DNA of 64,000 nt, taken from IMG/VR virus record IMGVR_UViG_3300006204_000001; one strand, given 5' to 3'. The notes beneath the pieces are model-generated. The model saw only the letters and a list, made by a program, of their open reading frames with translations. It made no database searches and was not told the origin of the DNA. The position numbers were made by a program, and so were the translations under genes. The DNA is from a virus. Its lineage: Duplodnaviria; Heunggongvirae; Uroviricota; Caudoviricetes. Below, piece after piece: positions 8,690 through 19,100 of this stretch; the first letter of the stretch is position 1, and each line of letters begins with the position of its first letter.

Positions 8690-11527
8690 TAATTTTACTT
8701 TTACAATATTATTTGATACTGCATTCTTTTCTGTCATTTTCTTTGGTTCCATACTCATTGTGCTTTCCTCCATTGTTGATAAATCTATTGTTTCTGATGT
8801 TCCATCTGTATAGTACACAGATACCTTATCAAACTTATTACATCCAACTATGTTAAGTAATCTATCTCTCTCATTAATATTTATCAATGATACCATTTTA
8901 TCATGTTTACTTTCTCTTGTAGGTAAATAGGAAATATTATTTAATCTCATTTTACCTTTCATGGTTACATATAATAAATATTGATTTTCATCAGGATCAA
9001 TACGATAACAACCTATAATTTCATCATCATGTAATAACTTAAATCCAGGGATACCTTTTGCTAAAACACTCGTTATTCTTATGCTATTAGGATCAATTCT
9101 TTGACCCATTCCTTCTTTAGTGAATACAAGTATATCCTTAGATGATTTAACTTTAGTTACTATTCCTTTAACTAACTTATCTTCATCTGATAATGCAATG
9201 AATGGTTTCTTTGTTGGTTTCATCTCTGATATTTTAAATCGTTTAATAATACCTTTTTTACTTATCAAAGTGCATGTTTCTGTAGAATCAATATCAAATG
9301 GTAACATAGCAATTATATTACCACTAATATGGTTCTTTCCATATCTGTTAACAGGAACCTCATAATCAAATGGTAATTCGCTTACTTTAATAAATGAATG
9401 ATATGCATTCTCATCTATAATAATAAATGATGAATTATTATCACATATAATTGCAAATCCATTTATATCTGTCGGTATTGGTTCAAAATCAACATTTGTG
9501 CATATATTTCGTTTTATCGTACCATCAGAAGATAATTGTAATAAACTATAACCTTCATTCTCTGATTCCGTTTTTATTGTATATGGAATAACATTACTTC
9601 TTCTTGGTACCCCATATTTCTTTGCACCATCCCTCAATTCTGCTATAATAAGTTTATCAATACCTTCAGGATCATTAAGAGTATCTTCAACTTCTTTTAA
9701 TTCTCCTTCAAGTTTTTCTCTCTTATCTAGACACTTATTATATTCATCTTCTGTTAATTGTATAAATCTCATCTCTGATATAGTACGAGCTTGCATTGAA
9801 TCCATTTTGATTTCACTATTATGGTATGTTTCCATTAAACGCTTTTCAACTTCAGTTCTATTTTTAGATGATCTGAATATATTTATTGTCTTCTCTAAAT
9901 TTTCTTTATTAAGAATAAATAATTTAACTTCATTTTCATCTTTTTCTGTTAACAGACGAGAATGTTTATGATTTACTACTACGCGTTTTTGTTCCCTTCT
10001 CCATTGTATCCATTCTAATAAAATACCAGATATTGAATAATCTACAGTCTGATATTCATTTACTGCTGTAATAGTTACAGGATATGGTTGTTCTAAGTCT
10101 TTAACCTCCTTTAATAATTTCTTCATTAACTTATATGGATTTACATCGTCTCTAATGAATAATTCGATCTTAGTTCCTTCTTCATTAGTTTTATCATTCA
10201 TATCATTTATTTCTGGTAATTCTCCTTTTTCTTTTAAATCAGCAATAGATGATCTAACATTATTTGCATAACACATATACGGTAAATGCGTTATAGTAAT
10301 AATATTATTTTTTGGATCTATCTCATATTTGCATCTCATTTTGTATGATCCAATGCCAGTTTCACATATTTTACCAAAATCAGTTTCTATTATATCAGCA
10401 CCAGTTGGACTATCAGGTATCAATATAATTTTTGCATTTGGATTTCTCATAAGAGTAATAGTTGCATTTATTACTTCTTTAAAATTAAAAGGAGCAAAAT
10501 TTGCACTCATACCATATCCTATACCTAAACATCCATTCAATAAAATATTAGGATATTTAGCTGGTAGATACATTGGTTCCCATGTTTCTTCATCGGCGCC
10601 TAATGTCATATCAACTACACTATCTTTCCAGTCTTCAAAGAAACATGATATAGCATAATCTGATAGTCTAGCAGTAATATATCTTGATGCACCTGCTTCA
10701 TCTCCACCTATAGAATTACCTGATACCAAAATAAATCCATTTCTTCTTGTTACTAATGTATGATATGATGGAACTTTAGCACAATATACTTTACCTTTAT
10801 AATGCTCATGGTGAATGTGTCTTCTATTATCACATTCCATAACATCTTTTTCTATATCAATATGATCTTTAGTAAATATATCTTCTTCTGTTACTTTAAA
10901 CATTTTAAAATGTACAGGTAACATATATGCTTCTGTAAATTTCCATGTTTCCAATGGTGCATATTTTTTAGTATAAAATTTATGAATCATCATTTTATGA
11001 TTAAGAGTAACTTTAAAATCTAAAAATTTACATCTACCAATAATCATTTCGCCATCATAATCATAGGAATATAATTTAGTAGGTTTTTCAAATATAATTT
11101 TACCTGTCTTTGGATCTATAGATGCAAATTCATCATCCATGGTAGCATCAGGCCAAAATTTCCACCCATTCTTTGTAAGTACCTCTGTCTTACAATCATG
11201 ACAACCAAAATTGCCTCCACCTTCAATAAGAGGTATAGTATTTTTCCATGGTTGTTCAATACCGACTACGGCATTATCTATAGATGTAATAGCATGAGGA
11301 TGTATTTTCCCAAATGTATCACCAGATATAGATGCTAACTTTCTAAATTTCTTTCCTCCATACTTATCCGTCGATAAGATATATAATGTGCGTCGCTGAA
11401 CTGGTTTTAATCCATCGATTACCATTGGACTAATACGCGCAATATTAACATTAGCACCTCTGATCTTATCATATTCCATGCATAATTCTCCAATATTTTT
11501 CTCAATAAATTTTTCTGTGAATTCCAT
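8684..11527 (-). CDS. gyrA: Type IIA topoisomerase subunit A (GyrA/ParC-like) with intein
   Basis: DGLKPVQRR, HPH, GNFG^S, ASRY catalytic Tyr, LLNGCLGIGYGM, C-terminal beta-pinwheel-like repeats. No QRRGGKG GyrA-box seen, so it may be ParC-like. Confidence 0.9.
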   Translation of the reverse strand: MEFTEKFIEKNIGELCMEYDKIRGANVNIARISPMVIDGLKPVQRRTLYILSTDKYGGKKFRKLASISGDTFGKIHPHAITSIDNAVVGIEQPWKNTIPLIEGGGNFGCHDCKTEVLTKNGWKFWPDATMDDEFASIDPKTGKIIFEKPTKLYSYDYDGEMIIGRCKFLDFKVTLNHKMMIHKFYTKKYAPLETWKFTEAYMLPVHFKMFKVTEEDIFTKDHIDIEKDVMECDNRRHIHHEHYKGKVYCAKVPSYHTLVTRRNGFILVSGNSIGGDEAGASRYITARLSDYAISCFFEDWKDSVVDMTLGADEETWEPMYLPAKYPNILLNGCLGIGYGMSANFAPFNFKEVINATITLMRNPNAKIILIPDSPTGADIIETDFGKICETGIGSYKMRCKYEIDPKNNIITITHLPYMCYANNVRSSIADLKEKGELPEINDMNDKTNEEGTKIELFIRDDVNPYKLMKKLLKEVKDLEQPYPVTITAVNEYQTVDYSISGILLEWIQWRREQKRVVVNHKHSRLLTEKDENEVKLFILNKENLEKTINIFRSSKNRTEVEKRLMETYHNSEIKMDSMQARTISEMRFIQLTEDEYNKCLDKREKLEGELKEVEDTLNDPEGIDKLIIAELRDGAKKYGVPRRSNVIPYTIKTESENEGYSLLQLSSDGTIKRNICTNVDFEPIPTDINGFAIICDNNSSFIIIDENAYHSFIKVSELPFDYEVPVNRYGKNHISGNIIAMLPFDIDSTETCTLISKKGIIKRFKISEMKPTKKPFIALSDEDKLVKGIVTKVKSSKDILVFTKEGMGQRIDPNSIRITSVLAKGIPGFKLLHDDEIIGCYRIDPDENQYLLYVTMKGKMRLNNISYLPTRESKHDKMVSLININERDRLLNIVGCNKFDKVSVYYTDGTSETIDLSTMEESTMSMEPKKMTEKNAVSNNIVKVKLI
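10715..11203 (-). mobile_element. 163-aa mini-intein in GyrA/ParC
   Basis: GNFG|CHDCKTEVLTKNGW...KVTLNH...VYCAKVPSYHTLVTRRNGFILVSGN|SIGG. Cys1, block B TxxH, terminal Gly-Asn, +1 Ser; no endonuclease domain. Confidence 0.9.
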
Positions 11528-11649
11528 ATTATCTTAATACCTCCTATAAATAAATCATTAATATAATATATATGTTGATAAATGAAATTATATATTATTA
11601 TAAAGAAATAATATATCATTACATAATATATATGAAAGGAGAAATAAAA

Positions 11650-12429
11650 ATGGAAGATTTATATTGTATTGATAATTTAAGAGATCCTAAAGATGAATGT
11701 ATAGAGGTGATACAAAAATTACCTTTAGAACATTATCCTATCCCACCTTGCGAAAGTAAAAATATTGATCAAAAAATTATTAACATTTCATATTCAAATA
11801 ATTGTGGAATCGTTATGAGAAATCATTCATTTGGTATAAATAATATTATACCAATCAATTCTAGAAATACTTTTAGACAAAATTATTTTTTAGGATATGA
11901 ATGGGATTCACAATTAGCAGAATATAAATATTGGATTTATATTAATATTATAAATACAAATCGTTTTGATTGGGGATTTAATACTACTATTGTAAAATTA
12001 CAAGAATATCTTGATGAAAAATCTGCATTAGAAACATTAAAATATCTTAATAAAAGAGGAACTCATTTATTCATAGAATTAAAAACATACAAAATGGCAT
12101 TGAAATATATAATGAAAGAAATCAGTATTACAGATTTACTCATTAACATTTTTGCATTATATGGATATAAAGATGATATGAGATTGCAGAAACTTATTAA
12201 AATTAAAGATAATTTAATAAATAACACCAATCGAAATATTAACATTGAAGAATATCCAGAAGAAATAAGAATGATGATTGAATCATCATTAATGATATTG
12301 AGTTATATAAAAATATTTTTAATTAATGAACACGATTCAATATCTATTGGTAAGTTTTTAAAATATATTACTGAAGAAATGTGTAAATGTATATTAAATG
12401 ATTACTTATATAAACCTCGGAAATTATAG
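11650..12429 (+). CDS. Hypothetical protein
   Basis: Start moved to ATG 11650 behind GAAAGGAG, in frame with ORF 11572..12429. Confidence 0.75.
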   Translation: MEDLYCIDNLRDPKDECIEVIQKLPLEHYPIPPCESKNIDQKIINISYSNNCGIVMRNHSFGINNIIPINSRNTFRQNYFLGYEWDSQLAEYKYWIYINIINTNRFDWGFNTTIVKLQEYLDEKSALETLKYLNKRGTHLFIELKTYKMALKYIMKEISITDLLINIFALYGYKDDMRLQKLIKIKDNLINNTNRNINIEEYPEEIRMMIESSLMILSYIKIFLINEHDSISIGKFLKYITEEMCKCILNDYLYKPRKL

Positions 12430-12512
12430 TATATTTTAGTATTAAAATGATATATTATAAATATGAGATATAAAAAGAATTGTTTAATTTAACACATAGG
12501 AGGTGAAATAAC

Positions 12513-12887
12513 GTGTTATTAGAGGTACCTGGAAATTTGTCTATAGATGGAGTTAATTATATTGAAAATCTGTGGATAAAAAACAAAAAGAACCAAAATC
12601 AATTACGATGTAAATTCACAGTAATTGATTCAGGTGTAAAACACAATATTGATATAATAATATACCGGTATAGTGTACCTTCTTTAAAAAATCTCGATTA
12701 TTCTATTTCTTTTAATGGGAAAGAATTAAATAGGAATAAAACATTTAATTTAGACATAACATATATTCCTATTAGAGGAAAAATAAAAATAACAGGAGAG
12801 ATTGATTCAAAGAAAATTAAAGAGACTTTATCATTAGATTTAAATAATAATGATAAAGTCTTAGAATTATTAAAAATGTTTTTATAA
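12513..12887 (+). CDS. Hypothetical protein
   Basis: GTG start with AGGAGGTG RBS. Confidence 0.75.
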   Translation: MLLEVPGNLSIDGVNYIENLWIKNKKNQNQLRCKFTVIDSGVKHNIDIIIYRYSVPSLKNLDYSISFNGKELNRNKTFNLDITYIPIRGKIKITGEIDSKKIKETLSLDLNNNDKVLELLKMFL

Positions 12888-12908
12888 AAAGAAAGAGAGG
12901 AATTTATT

Positions 12909-13592
12909 ATGTTGCAAAGTAAAAAATCAAAATTTAAAGATGGAATGGAATATGTAAAGAAACTGGTAGAAAAAGATCTTGAAAAAATATTAAAAGATCC
13001 GGATTTGGATGTTGATGAATATATTAAAGATAGCAGACTGAAATTTAATCTTGCAGCTATTCAATTAGCTACAGGATCAACTATCACTTCAAGCGATAAA
13101 TCTGAATCTGGCTTTAAAATTAAATATAACGGTAAAGTACCAGGGGTAAGCGAAATAATGCCTCTGTGCCAGTTAGCGGATAAGCTTGTAGACATGGAAG
13201 AAGCTGCCGGAATAATTATCGATTATGATCCTGATTTTCCGCCTGAAGAAAACAGATTCGGAATAACTAAGTTATCATTTAAAAAAATGAGAGATATTAT
13301 CATAGGTAAGAATGGATCAGCTATAACCTATCAGTTGAATTCACTCGATATCATGAACTTGGTAGGATTAGGCCAGCAGATTCATAAGAAAAAGAATTTG
13401 ATAACAACGCTTGTAGTTGGCGGAAGTGTTATTACTGTGCTTGGGGGGATTGCAATAGGAATGGCAGTTCATGAGAAGAAAAAGAAGAATAACATGGAGG
13501 TGTATGAGCTCGATGAAGTCATTGATCTTGATCCTGAAACAGATGATGACATCGAAGTGGAAGTAGATACTCCACTTGTAGAAATGTCTTAA
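12909..13592 (+). CDS. Hypothetical protein with C-terminal membrane anchor
   Basis: Hydrophobic LITTLVVGGSVITVLGGIAIGMAV followed by KKKK and an acidic tail. Confidence 0.75.
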   Translation: MLQSKKSKFKDGMEYVKKLVEKDLEKILKDPDLDVDEYIKDSRLKFNLAAIQLATGSTITSSDKSESGFKIKYNGKVPGVSEIMPLCQLADKLVDMEEAAGIIIDYDPDFPPEENRFGITKLSFKKMRDIIIGKNGSAITYQLNSLDIMNLVGLGQQIHKKKNLITTLVVGGSVITVLGGIAIGMAVHEKKKKNNMEVYELDEVIDLDPETDDDIEVEVDTPLVEMS

Positions 13593-13595
13593 TCG

Positions 13596-13625
13596 ATAAA
13601 GGGTGGTTTATAAACCACCCTTTAT
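13596..13625. terminator. Perfect 30-bp palindrome, probable terminator
   Basis: ATAAAGGGTGGTTTA|TAAACCACCCTTTAT followed by a T tract. Confidence 0.8.
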
Positions 13626-13692
13626 TTTTTTCCATTATATATTCTAATAATGTAATATTAATAAATATTTTTATTTATAGGAGGAAAATTAT

Positions 13693-13908
13693 ATGAATTA
13701 TTCTATCAAAGGCCCTTTAATGCACAAAAAATGTCCACAACGACTTGGTACTGTATATGATGAATCGATTAAATTCATGGATAGTCTTTATAAACAATAT
13801 GATGAACAGATTGAATCTGTTGATATTATTACAACAAATAATAAGGTCAAAGTAACAATTAAATTCAGGGATGATAAAAAAGATGATAATGACTCTAAAG
13901 AGATTTGA
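13693..13908 (+). CDS. Small hypothetical protein
   Basis: 71 aa, RBS AGGAGGA. Confidence 0.7.
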   Translation: MNYSIKGPLMHKKCPQRLGTVYDESIKFMDSLYKQYDEQIESVDIITTNNKVKVTIKFRDDKKDDNDSKEI

Positions 13909-14123
13909 TTAGATAAAGTTAGACCTAATATAAGGAGAAATAGTATATGGGAACACAGCAAAGAAATATAAATAATAAAAAGAAAAAAGTTTATAATTAT
14001 CAGAATATAAATCGTAAAGAGTTTCATGAAAATCCTCATTGTGATTTTATTTATGATATTGAAAGGAAAAAAAGATTAAGTGAATTAATTAATTTATTTA
14101 AAACAAAAAGGAGATAATACATT

Positions 14124-14639
14124 ATGCCAGATATGAATGAAGTAAGAAGATGTATGGTTGAAGCTGCTAATAGAAGAAAAGAATATATAAATAATAATTT
14201 TACATTTTATAGTTTTGATTCAGATACTGATGATATATTTGTAAAATCCATAGTTCAAAAATTTGGTTTAGAAAACTTGAATGCAAGGAGTTATTCATTA
14301 TCTCCATTTGTATTAAGAGAGATCGAAATGGTAAAGAGAAAATCACCATTTACGATTATTTCAAAATTATTTGAAAGCTTTATTTATTTCATCAAACATA
14401 GTTATTATAGATTGCCATTAAAAATGGTATTAAAAGGATTAAAAGAAGATCCTTTTGGGTTTATATCTTATGAAATCCATAAAGCAGAAATAAGATTCAC
14501 ACAAGAACATGTTAACTATATTTATGGGACTATGTATAATGATAATTATTACAAAGATATGATTAAACATATTAGAAATAGTATCAAACTATCAAATATA
14601 TGTTATATTGCTGCATTAGAATTACAATTAAGTAAATAA
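14124..14639 (+). CDS. Hypothetical protein
   Basis: 171 aa, RBS AAGGAG. Confidence 0.75.
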   Translation: MPDMNEVRRCMVEAANRRKEYINNNFTFYSFDSDTDDIFVKSIVQKFGLENLNARSYSLSPFVLREIEMVKRKSPFTIISKLFESFIYFIKHSYYRLPLKMVLKGLKEDPFGFISYEIHKAEIRFTQEHVNYIYGTMYNDNYYKDMIKHIRNSIKLSNICYIAALELQLSK

Positions 14640-14640
14640 T

Positions 14641-14671
14641 ATAAAGGTGGGGAGTTTAATCCCACCTTTAT
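14641..14671. terminator. Bidirectional terminator
   Basis: ATAAAGGTGGG...CCCACCTTTAT between convergent genes. Confidence 0.75.
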
Positions 14672-14673
14672 TT

Positions 14674-14907
14674 TTATATTATTTCATTAATACCAACAGG
14701 TGATAATTCAAGATATGGTTTTCTATAGAATTCAGATTTCTTTCTATTAACAAATATTTGATTATAAGGAAATCTAACTTTATCATCTTCTATTGAGTGA
14801 AATTGTACTATCTTTCCATTATTGTTACATGATGGATTATTACATATATAATGACTCATTCCTATAGGTGTTACAAATTCTTCTGAAAAACATATTGGAC
14901 ACGTCAT
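14674..14907 (-). CDS. Small Zn-ribbon protein
   Basis: CPIC...CNNPSC, RBS AAGGAG. Confidence 0.7.
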   Translation of the reverse strand: MTCPICFSEEFVTPIGMSHYICNNPSCNNNGKIVQFHSIEDDKVRFPYNQIFVNRKKSEFYRKPYLELSPVGINEII

Positions 14908-14925
14908 ATATTATCACACTCCTTT

Positions 14926-16005
14926 TTATACAGTTACTGCATTCCATAATGCTTGTATATCTGCTGCAGTATATTCGGTAAGGTTAAGATAAGAATCATC
15001 TATTTTTGTACTAGCATTAAGTGGAGCTATACCATTTGCTTTACCTTTTGAATTAGTAAGATTTGCAATATTAGTTTTATTGGTAGCAATATTGGTAGTA
15101 TTAGTAGAAATATTTGTTCTATTTGTATTAATAGCAGTTTCTGCTGTACTTACTTTTGTTTTTAATGAACTAACATCTGTCTGTAATGTATCTATTTCTC
15201 TTTCTGCTGTTGTAACTCTTGTAGTTAATGTATTTAAATCTGTTCTTAAACCAGATAATGATGTATCAACATTATTATTTATTTTTGTCTCTAAATCAGA
15301 TATCTTAGTATTTATTGTATCAATAGAAGTATTAATTGTACTATTGATAGTAGTTTCTAATGCTTCTATATCATCAGATAATGATTCTTGTGCAGCTGCA
15401 AGATTAGCATCAGTTGTATCTATCCTTGTTGTTAAATCACTCTTAGCTGTATTTAACTTACTTTCAATATCTGTTTTATTCCCACTTATAGTTGTATTTA
15501 ATGTTGATACCGCATTGGCTAAATTAGTAGCTGTATCAGATTCTAAATCATCAATAGCTGTTGTTAATTCAGTTTTAGCAGTAGTAAGTTTTGTCTCTAT
15601 ATCAGTTTTATTTGCTGATATAGTATCATTAAGATTATCTACAGCATCATTTAATGCTGTAGTAGTTTTTGTATCTAAATCATCTATTTTATTAGTGAGA
15701 TTAGTAGATAATGTTTGTAAATCTGATGCAGTATCATCTGTTAATGATTGTAATGCAGTATTCAATTCATCCACTGCATCTGCTAAATCTTTGTCTATAT
15801 TTGTTTTATTTTCATCTACTTTTGCTTCTAATTGATCTAATAGATCTTTAAGTACTTTACCCTGAGATGCAGATAATGGTAAATTTGTACTTTCATTAGT
15901 TAACGCTGAAACTAGATCTGTATAGTTAATCTTAAGACCTAATTCACCCTTTATAATATCCATTAAGGCTGATAAAGTTCTACCACCAGTATATTTTTTT
16001 GCCAT
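14926..16005 (-). CDS. Coiled-coil tail fibre/virion protein
   Basis: N-terminal LVSALTNESTNLPLSASQGKVLK motif common in tail-fibre repeats, long T/D/L heptads, C-terminal KGKANGIAPLNASTKID. Confidence 0.7.
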   Translation of the reverse strand: MAKKYTGGRTLSALMDIIKGELGLKINYTDLVSALTNESTNLPLSASQGKVLKDLLDQLEAKVDENKTNIDKDLADAVDELNTALQSLTDDTASDLQTLSTNLTNKIDDLDTKTTTALNDAVDNLNDTISANKTDIETKLTTAKTELTTAIDDLESDTATNLANAVSTLNTTISGNKTDIESKLNTAKSDLTTRIDTTDANLAAAQESLSDDIEALETTINSTINTSIDTINTKISDLETKINNNVDTSLSGLRTDLNTLTTRVTTAEREIDTLQTDVSSLKTKVSTAETAINTNRTNISTNTTNIATNKTNIANLTNSKGKANGIAPLNASTKIDDSYLNLTEYTAADIQALWNAVTV

Positions 16006-16137
16006 AACTATTACTTCCTTTCTCCCTTATTATAGTTTTAATTTATTAAGGGGTTTACGAATTAATACCGTATTTTCCAATATATAAGTAAAATTCAAAT
16101 TACAGCTTCTTAACATTAAGAAAGGAAGGATTATATC

Positions 16138-19100
16138 ATGTTTAAAAATGAAATTGATTATGCTGATATTAGTTATGGAGCATATATTTTAGATGGACCA
16201 TTTGGATCATATGAAGAAAGTGTTAAACTTGTTTCTGCAGATTTTAGTAAATTATATACACAGAAAGTTTTACTTCCAAATGGAAAAGGAAATATAATTT
16301 ATTTATTATCAAATAATTTTGATAATACTATTCAAATGGTTAGTAATAAGAAATTTATAGCTCCAGGATCATATCGTAGAATAATGTATCCATTAACAAT
16401 GTATGGAAAATTTTTTGGTAGAAGATTTATTGTAAATAATAAATCACATAGTAGTGAAAGAAATAAATTAATTAAAGAAAAGACAAATTTAATACCATAT
16501 GGATTATTATCATTACCAATACCAAATATTACGTCAGATAATGTATTTGTAATATTATCTGATATATATGAAAAAATTACTCCTATTATAGAAAATTTTG
16601 GAATAAAAAGAATATTTACTGAATTCTATTCTGAATTTAATACTATAATAGATAGATTTAATCCAATTAAAACAATTGATACTGATGATAAAAATTCCAA
16701 TAATAAAATATTACTGATTGATTGTGAATCATTCTTTTTTAAAAGTGGGGCATCATTAAATGAAAATAAATCTAATCCATTATTTTTATTATATTTAGCA
16801 TATTTAAGATTACATGATTTATCTAAATTAGGCATTGACATAGATATGTTAATATGTTATAAAAATCTATTTATGAAATTTAATCCTGCTAAAATTACTA
16901 ATACTACAGAATGGAATAAATTTCGTAATGCTTTATTTAGAATAATGAATGCTAATCTTGATGATTATACAAAACAATTATCAAATGATGAAAAAGTGGA
17001 TCTTGCTATAGATGGTGGAGAACATTTAGTATCAAAAATAGTAAGTGATACTGTAGAACCATATACAAAAATGGTATCACCTGAGACAAAAAGTACATTA
17101 ATCAATGCAATTGATAAATCTTTTAAAAATAAAATAAAAGATATTAAAAGGCAAGATAGTGAAATTAAGAAAGCAATAGGTGATAAATTTGTAAATGAAC
17201 CTCAAGTAGATATATTTAAAAATTCATTACCTGTATCAATGAGGCAATCATTAATTCATCAGAATCCGATAAAGAATCCTCTTGATGGTAACAAAGAAAA
17301 ATTATATAAATCAATAGGATCAGATTATACTCCATTAGCAGTAAAAATATCAAAATCATTAGATACTGAAGAAGACAAAGAAGAAGATATCGAAGATGAA
17401 TTTGATGATTATAATAGAAAAGATATTGAAGGATATGAAGATGAAATAAAATCTGATGTTGAAGAAATATTAACTGATGAAGAAGAAATAGCTAAAGAGG
17501 TATTAGATGATATACAAGATAGAACAGTACCATTGAAAAATGAAAATACTGCTCCTATTAATAGTGCACGTGATAAGAAGTTACGAGAACAACAAAAGAA
17601 AGTTATAGTAAAGAATGAAACAATAGAACAGATTTTATCACGTGATATAGAAAATGTTCCAATAGAAGAAAGTGATAAATCACAAGTATTGCATACAACT
17701 AATACAAATATGCATACAGTTAAATTTGCTAATTGGGATAAAACATATTTGGAAAAATTATATGATAAAGATATCATAGCATGTTTTGATTCATTACAAT
17801 ATAAAGAATCTCCATTTTATATCACTTCTGTAGAAGTTAAAGATACATCAGATTCATTAAATTTAAAAGATACATGGACTGTGAAAATGAGAGATGAAAA
17901 TAATAAGCTCCATACGATTAAAGTTGATATACCAAAATTTCAAGATAACAGATTTATGTTAATTAATGGGACTCGTTGGATCATACTAAAACAGAATTTT
18001 TATAATCCATTAGTTAAAGATACACCAAATACTGTTATATTGACTACTAATTTCAATAAAGTTACTATTAATAGAACATCAACTAAATCAATTGGTAGTA
18101 CAGAAAGAATATTTGCTCTATTAAAGAAGACAGGTGATACAAAAATATTTACATCAGGTGATTCATCACGTGGTAATATTAAATATATTTCTTCATTAGA
18201 GTATGATGAAATATCAAGAAAAATATTCAAATTTAGTTCTGATGGATGTAATATATATTTCTCTCGTGATTATATAAATGAGAATCTATCTGATATTATT
18301 CCAGCTGATTCAAAAAATGATATTAATCCTATTAATGGTAGTTCAGTAAAAGGTAATGAATTCTTTATTGGTACTGAAGGCAATACTCCTATTATGATTA
18401 ATGAAGATACTGGATTAGATAGAAGTGGCAGAACAATATCCGATATTATTGAGATGCATTTACCTGATGAATATAGATCATTATATCAATCAATAAAACC
18501 ACCTAAACAATTGATGTATGCCGAATGTAAAATGATAGATGAAAATATACCTTTAGTATCAGTATTAATTGTATGGATTGGTTTAACAAAGACACTTGAT
18601 AAAATGGGAATATATTGGAAATTTGATCCATCTGCTAAACGTGTTCCTATGAGTACATCATCACATAAATATATTAAATTTGCTGATGGTATACTTGAAT
18701 ATGAATATAAAACATTTGCCGAATTAATATTAAATGGATTAACAAAAATGAAATGTGATAAATTTAATTTCAATGATTTTAATTCAGAGGTCGGATATGA
18801 AGAGTTCATAGTAACACAATTTGGTACATATAATGGAATAAATGAATTAAAACGTTTTTATTCATTCTTATTAGATCCTATAACAGAAAGATATTGTAAA
18901 GATTTATTTTTACCTACAGATATTTCTGAATTAATGATATATGCAGTTAAATTATTATCTGACAATGCATATAGATCAAAAGCATCAGATCAATCATATA
19001 GAACACGTTCTATAGAAATTATACCTGCTATATTATATGAAGCATTAGGTGCTCAATATAAAGTTTATATCAGAAATGCTAGAAGAAATCCAATGACATT

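Noticed and set aside
13948-14117. RBS-preceded 20-codon ORF followed by a 42-codon open stretch in another frame
   Set aside because: Could be a frameshifted remnant but cannot be supported without homologues.
15080-15835. 251-aa hydrophobic + strand ORF
   Set aside because: Antisense shadow of the repetitive coiled-coil gene 14926..16005.
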